Below, one piece after another: positions 25,810 to 39,969 of a DNA stretch of 64,000 nucleotides. The DNA lies in the NCBI GenBank assembly GCA_951406725.2, contig OX597819.1:46066001-46130000 (forward strand), read 5' to 3'. The notes below the pieces were generated by a model, which was given only the letters and a program-made list of their open reading frames with translations, was not told the origin of the DNA and searched no databases. Made by a program: the position numbers and the translations under genes. Every line of letters begins with the position of its first letter. The first letter of the stretch is position 1. Source of the stretch: Octopus vulgaris. Lineage: Eukaryota.

Positions 25810-26143
25810 GCACACATCAGAACATAAGATAACAAACGAATAATAAACGATTGGTAAAATTTATTAGAAAACAGCTGTTTCTCATATTCAAACCAATGCT
25901 TAGTAGGTTCACGAAACCGGTATGCTCTTGAATGTCTTTAACAATTCACAATAATGGGTTTTATTATTTTAATTCCTACCTAATTGCATATATCTATCGT
26001 TACTTTTCATAAAAAGTCTTTACTTTTTTTGATTTCCAATGTGCATTTTCGCTTATTTTCTTCCTAGTTCCCCCTTACATTTCCACGTGTAGTTTCTATT
26101 TTATTTTTGTAACATATTTCTATTATATTTATGTATGTATATA

Positions 26144-26560
<417 letters not shown>

Positions 26561-27837
26561 TATACATGTATATATATATACATTTATATATATACATATA
26601 TATACATTTATGTTTGTGTGTGTCTGTATCAGTGTCTCTGTGCATGCGTGTGTGTGTGTGTGTGTGTGTGTTTGGAGGAATATATCAATCGGGCGGATAC
26701 CGTATTGGCTGTTAGTTAAGTTCTAGTTAACTGCTAACAACTTCGGTCAGATTTAAACATCTCTGAATACTGTCTGTTGTTAGTGAATCTTTAGATAAAT
26801 ATATAAATGGAAAATGAGAAATAGACAAAGTGTACTATAGGCGAGAGATACATTTAAGTTCATGCACATAGATACCCTACACACGCACACACACACACAC
26901 TAGCACTTATAATTATATATATATATATATATATATAGTCAAAAATTGTGAAGCCTGACTGTCACCACTACTACATGAACCCGAAGATTGCAGAATTTAA
27001 TGCATGAAAGTACTAGTTCAATCAGAATGAACATTTAACATTCTACTATTTTATTTTATTCTATTATAATATATTATCTTATAATATATCATTATAAGAT
27101 TGTAAATAAAACGTGAAGATCAGACAAGGTTGGAATTCCTTTTATTAATATATTCTTCTATACACAATCACACACACCCATATATATATCTATATATATA
27201 TGCATGTATTATGTATTCATATATATATACACAATCATCCAAACCCCTTTTTATATATATATATATGATGTATTCCTATATATACATATACATAAGTACG
27301 CACACATACATAAAGACAGATATATAGAAAATAATAAAGATTATGACAACAGGAAAATTTTAAAAAAATCGTTAAGAAATCCACCTTGACCATGCTATCT
27401 CATCTGTCGTTAAAATTGTCCAGAAACATCTGCATACTCAGGAAGGTGAAAATGTTAGCCCCGCAAGACAACATTGGAGGCGACAGAGAAAACACACAGC
27501 AAGGCCGGAAATGACCACGCATTTCAGAAACGGGGACACTTTGCTTTCATGTAGAATATTAATTAACTTATGTCTTCCAGACATTCCAATTTCAAAGAGA
27601 TTGATGATTGTAAGCGCTTCCGGACATTCAGCTAGTGGACATAGTACATTTCTGTTTTCGTGTATTTACGTCAATGGCTGTAAGTTTCTGTTTTGGGAGC
27701 GTGCCGTCTATTAGACACGTACGTACTTATAATATCAAAACCAGGCATACGCACATAGATGGATGCAGAGACATACAATAATATAGACATGAACATGTTT
27801 ATGTATGTGTGTGTATATATATGTATATATATATATA

Positions 27838-27897
<60 letters not shown>

Positions 27898-28028
27898 TAC
27901 ATACATACATATACATATATATATGTACATACATATATATATACATACATACATTGCATATAAAACATACTTATACTCTGGATAGTTTTGCATAAATACA
28001 TGTATAGAAATATACTCATATACGCGCG

Positions 28029-28070
<42 letters not shown>

Positions 28071-28192
28071 TATTTGGGGCATTCACATGTGTCCGAGTAT
28101 GATCCATAAGACAGTTGGAATTTCTCTATGTATGTCTGTGTATGAATATGCATGTGTTTGTATGTGTACTTGCGTGCGTGTGTGCGTGTGTG

Positions 28193-28224
<32 letters not shown>

Positions 28225-28479
28225 TGTATGTATGTATGTATGTATGTATGTATGTATGTATGTATGTATGCATGTATGTATGTATGTATGTATGCATGTA
28301 TGTATGTATGTATGTATGTATGTATGTATGTATATATGTATGTATGTATACATATATATATACATACATACATATATGAATACTCTGTTCTCCAGTCATG
28401 TATGCTAGAAGCCCTTCAGCTTGCTACATTTCCCAGTGAGCATAGTCAACGCCATACCTGATATGACTTCAGCGTGGGT

Positions 28480-29870
28480 ACCATCTTGAAAAGAGTGACT
28501 GTATTATCCCCGATAGAATACAGTATCGCAAAGGCATATTCCAAGGAGACAGTCTCTCTGTGATGTTGTTTATACTTTCTGTAAACCCCTTGTCATTCAT
28601 GTTAAGGAAGTTTAAATGGTATCTCACTGGTTCCCAAGGAAACAGCAATAACAAAATTACACACTGTTTGTTTGTGAATGACTTTATTCTCTATGCAAAG
28701 AATATGCGTTAGATGAAAAAGAGCCTAGACCTTGTTACAACATTCTCAAAGAATATAAGGTTAGAGTGTGGTCAGGATAAAGGTTGTCATATGGTTGTGA
28801 CAAAGGGGAAAACTATAAACCAAATTAGTAACATCTCCATCAATAATTTGAGTGTTTCCCCAATGTCTGACGAGGAATGTTACAGGTATCTAGGGGTGGT
28901 TGAAAACATATCTTACAATGGCACCTGTAACAAAATACGTGTCACTAAAGAATATTACAGCCGAATAAAACAATTTGGACCGCAGAACTCTCTGCATTCA
29001 CTAAAACGGTGGCCCACAATGTGTTTGCAGTGCCAGTACTCATACCAGCATATGGGCTGCTTGATTGGGTGCTTGATGAGATCCGAGCCATTGATGTGCA
29101 ACCCCCAAAAATACTAACAGGCACATATAATTTCCACATAAACAGTGACGTAGACCGCCTCTACCTAAAACGAAAACAAGGCGGCAGAAGCTTAACATCG
29201 ATCCAACACGCCTTTGAATGTCGCATCATATCCCTTCGGCAACATCTTTTAACCACCAAGTGTCGAATTATATCCCTTGACTAAGTTTGCATACATGAGG
29301 CTGATAACATCACAAGACTTCGAAGGCAGCTCTTTGAGCAACACTCTTTGTCTGATAACCTAGAATATATGCCCAAAGAAGTGGCACGACTCTACCGCAA
29401 CCTATTATCAGATGAAAGGATGAGTCTATATGAGCAGATGACTATGCATGAATATGTTCGAAGAAAGCTCCGTGATGATAGTAACATCGGTCATCAAAGC
29501 GGTTTACCATGCACTAATAACCGGATTACTACCTCTCATTTTGAAGGTTATGCATTTGCAATCCAGCAACAGGAAATATCAACAAAGTACCTGATGCACA
29601 AAATATAGATAGAGAAGCAGGAAAAGCATTAAAATGTGACAACCGAAGCAGACTTTGTGGAGTTCACACTAAAGATATCACCCACATCATAAGCAGTTGT
29701 CCGAAAATGTCATCACAATATATCTACCGATGAGATATGACGTTGTAACTAGGACACTCTATATAAGGAAATCTGTCGGAAGGATAACCCCGAAGAAATA
29801 AGAACCCTCAATATGGTAAGAGCCATAGCCACTCATAATAAAAAGGTGTACTGGTGGAATGTCCCCAATA
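28480..29870 (+). mobile_element. R4/Dong-like non-LTR retrotransposon fragment (RT C-terminus plus zinc knuckle), disrupted
   Basis: GIFQGDSLS, YRYLGV, NVFAVPVL, SDVDRLYLKRKQGGRSL, EGYAFAIQQQEIST, RLCG...THIISSCP. Confidence 0.8.
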
Positions 29871-30091
29871 TATCTAACAACATACACCCTTACGATCATC
29901 ATGAAAATCTTAATTTGCTTTCAGTTTTCTGCATCCGGGTATCATCCATTCGCAACCCATGCCAAATATGCACTAAGACCACGAAGAAAAATATCTTGAC
30001 AGTATACTTGAATAGAGACAAGAAATCTAGTCAAGTTAACAGAAGACAAATAAATACAAATACAAAGAAAAAGTTATTATAATTCATTTAA

Positions 30092-31380
30092 TAAGGTGAC
30101 GAGCTGGCAAAGCTAGACAGAATGCTTAGCGGTATTTCGCCCGTCGCTAGGTTCTGAGTTCAGAGTCCGCTGAGGTAGACATGGCCCTTCATCTTTTCGG
30201 AGTCGATAAATTAATTAAAGTTTACGTACTACAGTCGATCTAATCGACTGGCCCCTTTCCCCAAAATTCCGGGCCTTGTGCCTAGAGTAGAAAAAATTAT
30301 ATTTCATTTGATAAGGCGGTGAGCTGGCAGAATCGTTAGCACGTCGGGCGAAATGCTTAGCGGTATTTCGTCTGTCTTTACGTTCCCAGTTCAAATTCCG
30401 CCGAGGTCGACTTTTGCCTTTCATCCTTTCGGGGTTGATAAATTAAGTACCAGTTACGCACTGGAGTCGATGTATCGACTTAGTCCGTTTGTCTGTCCTT
30501 GTTTGTCCTCTCTGTGTTTAGCCCCTTGTGGGTAGTAAAGAAATAGGTATTTCGTCTGCCGCTACGTTCTGAGTTCAAATTCAGCCGAGGTTGACTTTGC
30601 CCTACATCCTTTCGGGGTCGATTAAATAAGCACCAGTTACGCACTGGGGTCGATATAATCGACTTAATCCGTTTGTCTGTCCTTGTTTGTCCTCTCTGTG
30701 TTTAACGCCTTGTGGGTAGTAAAGAAATAGGTATTTCGCCCATCGCTTGGTTGTGTGTGTGTGACGATATCACGATATCACGATATGAACCAGATTATTG
30801 GATCCTGTTATACAAATTCCGCCGAGGTCGACTTTGCCTTTCATCCTTTCGAGGTCGATAAATTAATTACCAATAGCGTACTGGAGTCGATCTAATCGAC
30901 TGACCCCTTCCCCCCAAATTCCGGGCCTTGTACCTAGAGTAGAAAAGATTATATTTCATTTAATCAAGGCGGCGAGCTGGCAGATCCAATGAAGTTGAAG
31001 TTCAAATCCCATGATCTTGACTTTTTTATCCTTTTGGAGTCGATGAAAAAATACCAATCGGTGGTTATGGATTGGGAAAACAGTGACATCATCAATCAGG
31101 ACGCCCTTCAGTATGTGTTCTGATACCAAATTACGTTCTATGTGTTCTGAGACCAAATTACGCCATGTGCCGCTTGTGGGGAAGACTTACGCTGGACGAA
31201 ATGCAAAGCGGTGTTTCGCCTATTGCAAAGTAGTGAGTTCAAATTCCGCTGAGGTTAACTTTGCCTTTCATCCTTTCGGCGTCGTTAAATTAAATACCAA
31301 TAAAACACTGGGGTCGACGTAATCGATTATCCCCCTCCCCCAAATTTCAGGCCTTGCGCCTCTATTAGAAAGGATTGTGT
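30092..31380 (+). mobile_element. Cluster of SINE family B copies, including headless tandem units
   Basis: At least six repeats of gagttcaaattccgccgaggtcgactttgcctttcatcctttcggggtcgataa. Confidence 0.85.
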
Positions 31381-31984
31381 TTCATTTAATCCTGAAAAAC
31401 ACCCACAATAGCGGCATACTTGCAGACACGTTATACCGTAAGGGCGGAGTGCTTTTCAGTATTTGATATCTGCGTTCTAAGTTCAAATCCCAACAACTTC
31501 AGCTTGATGGTTTATCCTTTATCGATGAAAAAATACCAGTCGGAGGCTATGGATTGGGAGAACGGTGACATCATCAGGCAGGATGCCCTGCAGTATTTGT
31601 TCCCGTTCTATGTGTTCTGAGTCCAAATTACGCAATGTTCCACTTGTGGGGAAGACTTACCATATCACATATCACCAGATTTGACATAACAACGTGGCGC
31701 TTTGGTTGACTTTAGCGGGGTTCACTCTCTTGCATCCAACCACACCAGGTTTTTGCCCTGATGATGCCATCGTCCTTCTCTCACACTAGCCTAAGAGGTG
31801 CTGCTATTCGTCATGGTTACTACTATACCTCCTCACTAGAAGACAAAAATAACAATGCTTCATATTAAAAGTTTGTAGAAACGCTCGGCCTCAGTCTTCG
31901 ATCATTTTTTGATCACATCACGCTTATATTAAAATGCGTTTACATATATGTACAAACACACACACGCACATATATAAATGTATG

Positions 31985-32067
<83 letters not shown>

Positions 32068-32550
32068 TTCCTAATTTTGCTACAAGTTCAGCAATTGTGA
32101 GACAGAACAGTCGGTTACATCGCCTCCACCGCTTTACTTTGTAGACCCCGAGACGATGAAAAGTAAAGTCGGCCACTGTGGTATATATATATATATATTG
32201 GTCGTCCTTAAGACCTAAGTTCAAATTCCACCAAGATCAACTTTGCCTTTCGTTCTTTCTGGGTCGACAAAATAAGTACAAGTTATGCATTGAGATCGAT
32301 GTAATCGACTTAACTCTATCTAGCCAAGAGTATAAAAATTACATCATCTCCTAGGCCATGTGTGGCAGAATAGGCTCACAAAACCAGTATCTCAAGCTCA
32401 GAATTCACGGCCTCCACATCAGGCTGAACTTTGTGGATAGAACATGTTGAGGTTTCGACCTGTAGTGGACTTAGACATAGACAATCCTATTCTTGTATGT
32501 ATATATCACCGAAAAGGTGAATTATTGCAACTTGTTGTTTATATTAATTG

Positions 32551-32606
<56 letters not shown>

Positions 32607-32644
32607 GAGATAGATAGATAGATAGATAGATAGAAACATAGATA

Positions 32645-32688
<44 letters not shown>

Positions 32689-32799
32689 TACATGCGCATA
32701 TGTAGTGCGTAGTTACATGTCAACAATTATAGGAGAAATATTATATGAAGTACGAGTGCATTTGTATATGTATATGTAAGGCGCATATACGTGTGTGTG

Positions 32800-32856
<57 letters not shown>

Positions 32857-33104
32857 TTGTGCTTATTGTCCTGTATCTCCTTTTTTTTTTTTGCTTGTCT
32901 TGTTCCTTGGTTTGTGTCTATGTTTTTCGTCTCTTAGTGTTCGACGTCCGGTGTCTGTACACTGCGTTATATGTACATTAGAGGTAGGTACGTATATTGT
33001 TCTGTTTATATATGTCTCTCCATCCCTTCTTCTCTCTTCCTCTTGCTCCTCCTCCCCCAATCTCGGTACTTCCGTCGTAAGTGCACCTGCCTTCTAGCCA
33101 CTGG

Positions 33105-33672
33105 TCGACATCTTCTCTCGTCGTCTATAATCCAGCGTTGCAATACTTTTCGTCTGGCGTTCAGCCCTTCTTATCTTGTTCTCCTTGTCCTGTCTCTCAC
33201 TGTTATATTTATTTTCCCTGTATATATATATTTTTACTGTTTATATGTTTGTACTTCGTTACCGTCTTGCTTTTTCCCTCTGGACAAGATCTCAATTTTA
33301 TGATTTGCAGGAAAATTTCATTCGAAGTATACTTTTTATCGAAACGTTTATATATACGTAAACGGCACCCTATTAAGTAAGATTGTTCTGTTTATCAAGT
33401 GTGTGTATGTCGACATCTTCCTCTCTTTCACATAATCCAGCGTTTGCAATACTTTCGTCTGGCGTTCAGCCCTCTTATCTTGTTCTCCTTGTCCTGTCTC
33501 TCACTGTTATATATTTATTTTCCTGTTTATATATATATTTTTTACTGTTTATATGTTTGTACTGTCGTTACCGTCTTGTTTTTACCCTCTGCGACAAGAT
33601 CTCAAATTTTAATTGATTTGCTGCAGGAAAATTTATTCGAAGTATACGTCTCCTTTTATCCTTGAAACGTTT
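33105..33672 (+). repeat. Two diverged direct repeats of about 250-265 bp, each ending in GAAACGTT
   Basis: gtcgacatcttc...gacaagatctcaa...gaaacgttta at 33105-33350 and 33409-33672. Confidence 0.75.
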
Positions 33673-33829
33673 AGTAGATGAAACTTTGGACTGAAAGGGA
33701 TTTTGTTGTGCATTGTCCTGTATCTCTTTTTTTGCTTGTCTTGTTCCTTTTTGTGCATGTTTTCGTCTCTATGTTTCACGTCCTTTTGGTGTCTGTACAT
33801 ATATGTGTATATGTGTGTAGGTGTACATA

Positions 33830-33877
<48 letters not shown>

Positions 33878-34294
33878 AAAGTAAAAAAATATACAAACTG
33901 GGACAAGAACGTGAAACATTTAGAAAATGACACAAAAAACACGGACGGGACATTCGAAGCCCTCAGTCATCAGTCAAGAACCGGATCATCTTCGCAATTT
34001 CGGCTGATTAATCTTGAGATTGCTCCAATCTGGGCAGCGCCCAAGGGAAATCTAAGCCAAGCATATATATACATACACACACACACGCATATATATATAT
34101 ATATTGTACACGTACATATGTATATATATTTGCGTATATTATACAACATATATGTACATTTCTTGATATATATATATATACATATATGTATATATATACA
34201 TATATTTATATATATATATATATATGTATATATATGTATATATATATGTATATATATACATGTGTGTGTGTTTGTACATATATATATATGTTTT

Positions 34295-34385
<91 letters not shown>

Positions 34386-34420
34386 CATATATGTATGTAT
34401 ATATATACATACATATATAA

Positions 34421-34461
<41 letters not shown>

Positions 34462-34537
34462 ATATATACATACATATATAAATCAATATATATATATATA
34501 TATACATATATGTATGTATATATATATACATATATAT

Positions 34538-34573
<36 letters not shown>

Positions 34574-35549
34574 GTATATTTATCTACCTATCTATTTATC
34601 TATCTATCTATACACACACACGCACACACACACACATAAGTATATGCTTAAACACACACATACATATACAGACATTCCTACACACATATTCTGCAAGCGC
34701 TGTTATACATTTTATGAAGAGAAGGCCTTCTAAACTAGAATGTAGAAATATGATGGAAATATAGAGAAAGTTGATATAACTAAAGAACTATAGATCAAAA
34801 CGATAAAAGGGCGGATTATGCATTTTTCCAGGTGTATCTCTAAATGTATTCGATTCAAATATTTTCTTTAAGTTATTCTGCAGATCAGATCTATTTGAGA
34901 ACCAACCGTTAACATTTTCGTGAAGGAAGCTCTCAGAAGAAATTTCAAAAGAGATAAAATGTATAAAAATTATAAGGAGAAATATTCCTTTGTTACTCCG
35001 AAGTAGATTATCACTAATCTTAAAGTTCTTTTAATCTCTCTTTGCGGAGGATTATTTTATTTTGCTCCTTTTTCTTTTTCTTTTTTCTTTTTTTTTTGTA
35101 TGCTTTAATTAGATTTTGGTAATTCCAATAAAATGGGATCACCGATGTAGAACCGCTTCTTATTACCTACCTTTTATATATAATGCATTATATACTTTAG
35201 TACACGACATTCGCATATATATATATATATATATATTCTTGCTACAGGACTGGGATATACAATAGTCTTATATATCTGTGATCCTGTTTGTGTGTACTTA
35301 TATACAGTGTGTATAAATATACATACATATATACATACATACACAAGCGTACACTCGCTCACACATGCCTATGTGTGCATACCGATGTATTTATTCAAAA
35401 TGAGTGTAAATGTATTTGTGTAGTGTATGCGAGTACGTGTTTCGTTCGTTCTTTCCCGCTCTTTCCCGCTCTTTCCCCGCTCTCTCACGTTCTTCCTCTC
35501 CCTTACTGTATGTACGGATGCGCACTTCCTTCGTCTTACCTTCAACTGA

Positions 35550-35623
35550 TTTCTTCTTCTCGTTCTTCTTCTTCTTCTTCTTCTTCTTCTTCTTCTTCTT
35601 CTTCTTCTTCTTCTTCTTCTTCT

Positions 35624-35655
<32 letters not shown>

Positions 35656-35670
35656 ATCTTCTTCATCTTC
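35550..35670. repeat. (CTT)n microsatellite
   Basis: Direct observation. Confidence 0.95.
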
Positions 35671-36008
35671 TCCGTACGCAAAAGAAAGAGCGGGCTTGTC
35701 TTATTCTTGAATTAAGCAGATATATATATATATATATATGGGAATCCTGTGTATTTCAAAGACTTTCAAAGTGAACCGTTCTCCGTCTTACAGAGAAGAT
35801 TCCACATCACCCTTATACTCCATACCTTTTACACTCACACCTATTCTCGTTTGAAATACTCAGAATGCAGACATCAAAACTACGAAAATGACAAAATTGG
35901 AAAACTTCTGAAAATCCTTTTGAAGTTGTTCCGTTGCAGTTGTTCCGGCTATTGTTGTTGTAGTTACTGCCGTCGTTTTTGTAGTTGTTATTATAGTTGG
36001 TTATTATT

Positions 36009-36052
<44 letters not shown>

Positions 36053-36928
36053 CATTATTATTATTATTAGTAGTAGTAGTAGTAGTAGTATTATTATTAT
36101 TATTATTATTATCGTTGTTATTGTTATTGTTTTAGTTGTTGTTGTTGTTATTGTTGTTGACGTTGTTATTGTCGCTCCTGTTGTTGTTATTGCTGGTGGT
36201 AGCGGTGGTGATGGTGGTGGTGGTGGTGGTGGTCGTCGTCGTCTTTGTCGTAGTGGTATTTGTGGTGGTGGCTGTGATGCTGGTGGTGCTGTTGATGGTG
36301 ATGGTGATGATGATGGTGGTGGTGGTGGTGGTGGTGGTGGTGGTGGTGGTGGTGGAGGGGGTAATAGTGTTACTCCAGCCATTAATATTGTTGTTGTTGT
36401 TGTTGTTTTTCTAAGTCTCGTCATCCTTACTGTTTTCATTGTTTGTTGTTGTTCCTGTTATTGCTGCTGGTGGTGGTAATGGTGGCAGTGGGACGGAGGA
36501 TATTGGCAATTGTGATGATGTTGGTGATGATGACATTCTACCTGTTCACGATGTTGTTGTTATTGCTGCTGTTGTTTCAGCCCACGTTCCTTTCGTCGCT
36601 GAATGTTATCGTGGGTTCTTAATTTTATGACTGTTTGATGACCATGATGACGAAGACGAACATGATTAAGATGATTGCGATGATGATGAAGCAGAAGAAG
36701 AGGAAGAAAGATGGAGCAAGAAGCAGGATGACAGGACTCTGATGATGGTATATGTGTTGCTGTTAATATACTCGCTTTCTTATATTAGGGGTTTGCTAAT
36801 TCGTGGCTGTTTTTATTCTCGTTAATGTCAGTAAATTATTTATGCGAGATGTTGCTGATGTTGTTGTTGTTGTTGTTGTTGTTGCAGTTGTTAAGCAACA
36901 ATACAGGTAAGAGTGATTAGGTGATGGT

Positions 36929-37057
36929 CTAGGGGTTAGGGGGCGGATTTGGTCGTCTTGTTGGAGTCGAGGGCTCTTCGTTGACGCCCGACACCACTGG
37001 GAGGTGGCCCTCGAAGTCGCTGGAAATGGAGATCTCCAGGTCCAAATTCTTGAACGA

Positions 37058-37096
<39 letters not shown>

Positions 37097-37390
37097 AGGA
37101 TGATGGTGGCGGTCCTGCTGGTGATGATGGTGATGGTGATGATGATAGTGATGATGATGATGATGATGATGATAACAACGATGATTATGTCGCCGACGAC
37201 GACGACTATGACGATGACGATGATGATGATGACGACCACAACGGTGGTGGTGGTGGTGGTGGTGGTGGTGGTGGTGGTGGTTGGAGTAGTGGTGATAGTG
37301 ATGGTAGTGTTGGTGGTAGTGGTCGTGCTGGAGAATGTGATGATGGTGGTGATTGACGTGGTGGTGACAGAGGTGGCGGTGGTGATGGTG
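36929..37390 (-). CDS. Candidate terminal coding exon, His/Gln-rich with a unique C-terminus; 5' boundary unknown
   Basis: Stop-free minus frame ending ...HHHPH(Q)nSFKNLDLEISISSDFEGHLPVVSGVNEEPSTPTRRPNPPPNP*; not in the ORF track because it has no start codon. Confidence 0.35.
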
Positions 37391-37464
37391 CTACTGCAGC
37401 TAGTGGTGGTGATGGTAGTGCTACAGTTGGTGGTGTTGCAGAATAGGGTAGTGCTGATGCTGCT

Positions 37465-37816
37465 TTGTTTGTTTGTTTGTTGAGCGAAGCAGTCTTCCTC
37501 CCATTAGTGGGAGAAGTCCGAAACGTGGTCCTTTGCTATTCGTAAGAGTCGCAGAAGAGAATGCAGGTCAACCCCCGACACCGAGAGCATCGACGGATGG
37601 ATGAATGCGCATCCAGGCTCAGCGGTTGCGTAGGAAGACAGGGATAAGAAACAAGAAGAATGAGTGAGAGAAAGTTGGAGCGCAAGAGTACAACAGGGGT
37701 CGCCCCCCCCCCTGCCGCAGCCTCGTGGAGCTTGAGGTGTTTTCGCTCAATAAACACACACAACGCCCGGTCTGGGAATCGAAACCGCGATCCCTCGGCC
37801 GCGAGTCCGCTGCCCT
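37465..37816 (-). mobile_element. SINE with family D head, different body and (AAAC)n tail
   Basis: ggtgttttcgctcaataaacacac...gggaatcgaaaccgcgatc is shared with 26355-26430. Confidence 0.75.
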
Positions 37817-38230
37817 GCTGATGCTTCTGGATGGGGCAGTAGTGGTCGTCGTCGTAGTGCCGGCGGTGGTTGTGGTGGTAGTGGGGAGCTTATGATGGTG
37901 ACGGTGGGAGAGACAGTACTAGTGCGGGGTGTACGTATGTGGCTGAGAGTTTCGAAGATGAGAGCAGAATTTCAGTATTCTGTAAGCGTTCAACTTGTGT
38001 CGAGATTGGTTAGGATTAGGGCAGAGGTATTAACTGCGCTAACTTCAGGTCGCTGGAATCGTAGAATCGAAAAAGTCAATGAGATCAGTGCATACACACG
38101 TATACACGCAGTCAAATATACATAAACACGTACATGCACACATACATACACACTTAAAACTACTTACATATGTGCACAGAAAACACACACACGCATACAA
38201 ACATATACATATATATATACGTATATATTA

Positions 38231-38276
<46 letters not shown>

Positions 38277-38351
38277 GTATGTATAAATATGTATGTATAT
38301 ATATAAATATATTAATATAAATATATATATATACATATATATATACATATA

Positions 38352-38392
<41 letters not shown>

Positions 38393-38529
38393 AATTTGTA
38401 CGCACACTCAGGCGCACACGCACAAAATATCACATATATATATAACGTATACATACATATACATTGTATGCTATTAAGTTAGACATGGCCTGAACCAATC
38501 TTTGGTCGAAACATATCTAAGAATATCTA

Positions 38530-38570
<41 letters not shown>

Positions 38571-39162
38571 GTATTTTCAGAAATATACCCTCGCATATAC
38601 ATACACGTATGCCTATATACACATATATATACGTATATACATGTATGCGAATGTACACACTTACATACACATGCGTATACGTAAACAATCTATGTGTGTT
38701 TGGGGAGTTGAGTATGCGCACATGCGAGCGTATACAAAATGGCGGGATTTCTTTAAGTAATGGTACAGACAGGTAAGATATAAAACGAACGTTTTACTTA
38801 ACACCAAAAAGGGTTGCGGTCGCAGCAAGTTGCAGAAGGCGGAGTAGAGGAAGAGGCGCTACTGTTGATATTAAGATACGAATGTAAGAGAAGGGCATGC
38901 TGATGGCGGCGGTGATGGTGATTAGTGAAGGTGATGGAGTCGGGGTTGGTATGTGTGATGTTCACTTGCTAGCAGTGTAAGATGAAAGTCCATAACTAAT
39001 CTCCGTGGATTATTTACTGAGCAGTTTGCTTTACTTTAAGAGTTTCTGTTTGTTCTGTGTCTATTACTTAAGTAACATTCTAAAACATCGCTCTCGTTGC
39101 CTCTCTCCATTCTCCCTTAATCACTTTACTTCTTGTCTCATTTTCATTCTCTTTCTCCTTCC

Positions 39163-39208
<46 letters not shown>

Positions 39209-39236
39209 CCCCTCTCTCTCACACTCTTTCTCTCGC

Positions 39237-39271
<35 letters not shown>

Positions 39272-39460
39272 CTTTCTTTCGTGCCCACCGCCCGACCTAA
39301 CTAACTTCGAAAGCAGTTAGTTTCTCCTTTTCTGTGTCTTTGTCTGTGTTTCACTCCATATTTTGTGTTTGATTTAAAAGCGAAAGAAACTCCGAGCGAC
39401 CCATCTGTGAAACTGAGGCGCTCAGAAAGTATGCTTAAAGTACTTGTTAAATCCATGGCC

Positions 39461-39547
<87 letters not shown>

Positions 39548-39969
39548 TCATATATATATATATGTTGTATATAGATACAATTTAAATATACATCTACATA
39601 TCTCTCTATATCGGTGGTGGGGACCGATAGAATAAATAGTAGGCTTACAAATAATAAGTCCTGGGTTCGATTTGCTCGACTAAAGGCGGTGCTCTAGCAT
39701 GGCCACAGTCAAATGACTGAAACAAATAAAAAGGAAAAAATATATATATGTGTGTATATATATATTATATATATAAATATACATGTGCATTGTGCATATA
39801 TAGGGTACAGGACGCCATATATATATTATAATTGTGAGTGTTAAATTTGGAGATTACCTTAAGTTCATCTCAGGGTTCACGCTCTCTGACAGAAGGTGAA
39901 TCAGAGATTCTTTTGCTTTCTCATTCACATGCCTGAAAATCCATACGTATCTCCATAAGTTTTATAAGT

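Noticed and set aside
35813-36630. Pro-rich and Gly-rich ORFs
   Set aside because: Composed of (GGT)n, (GTT)n and (ATT)n, with no unique protein-like segment.
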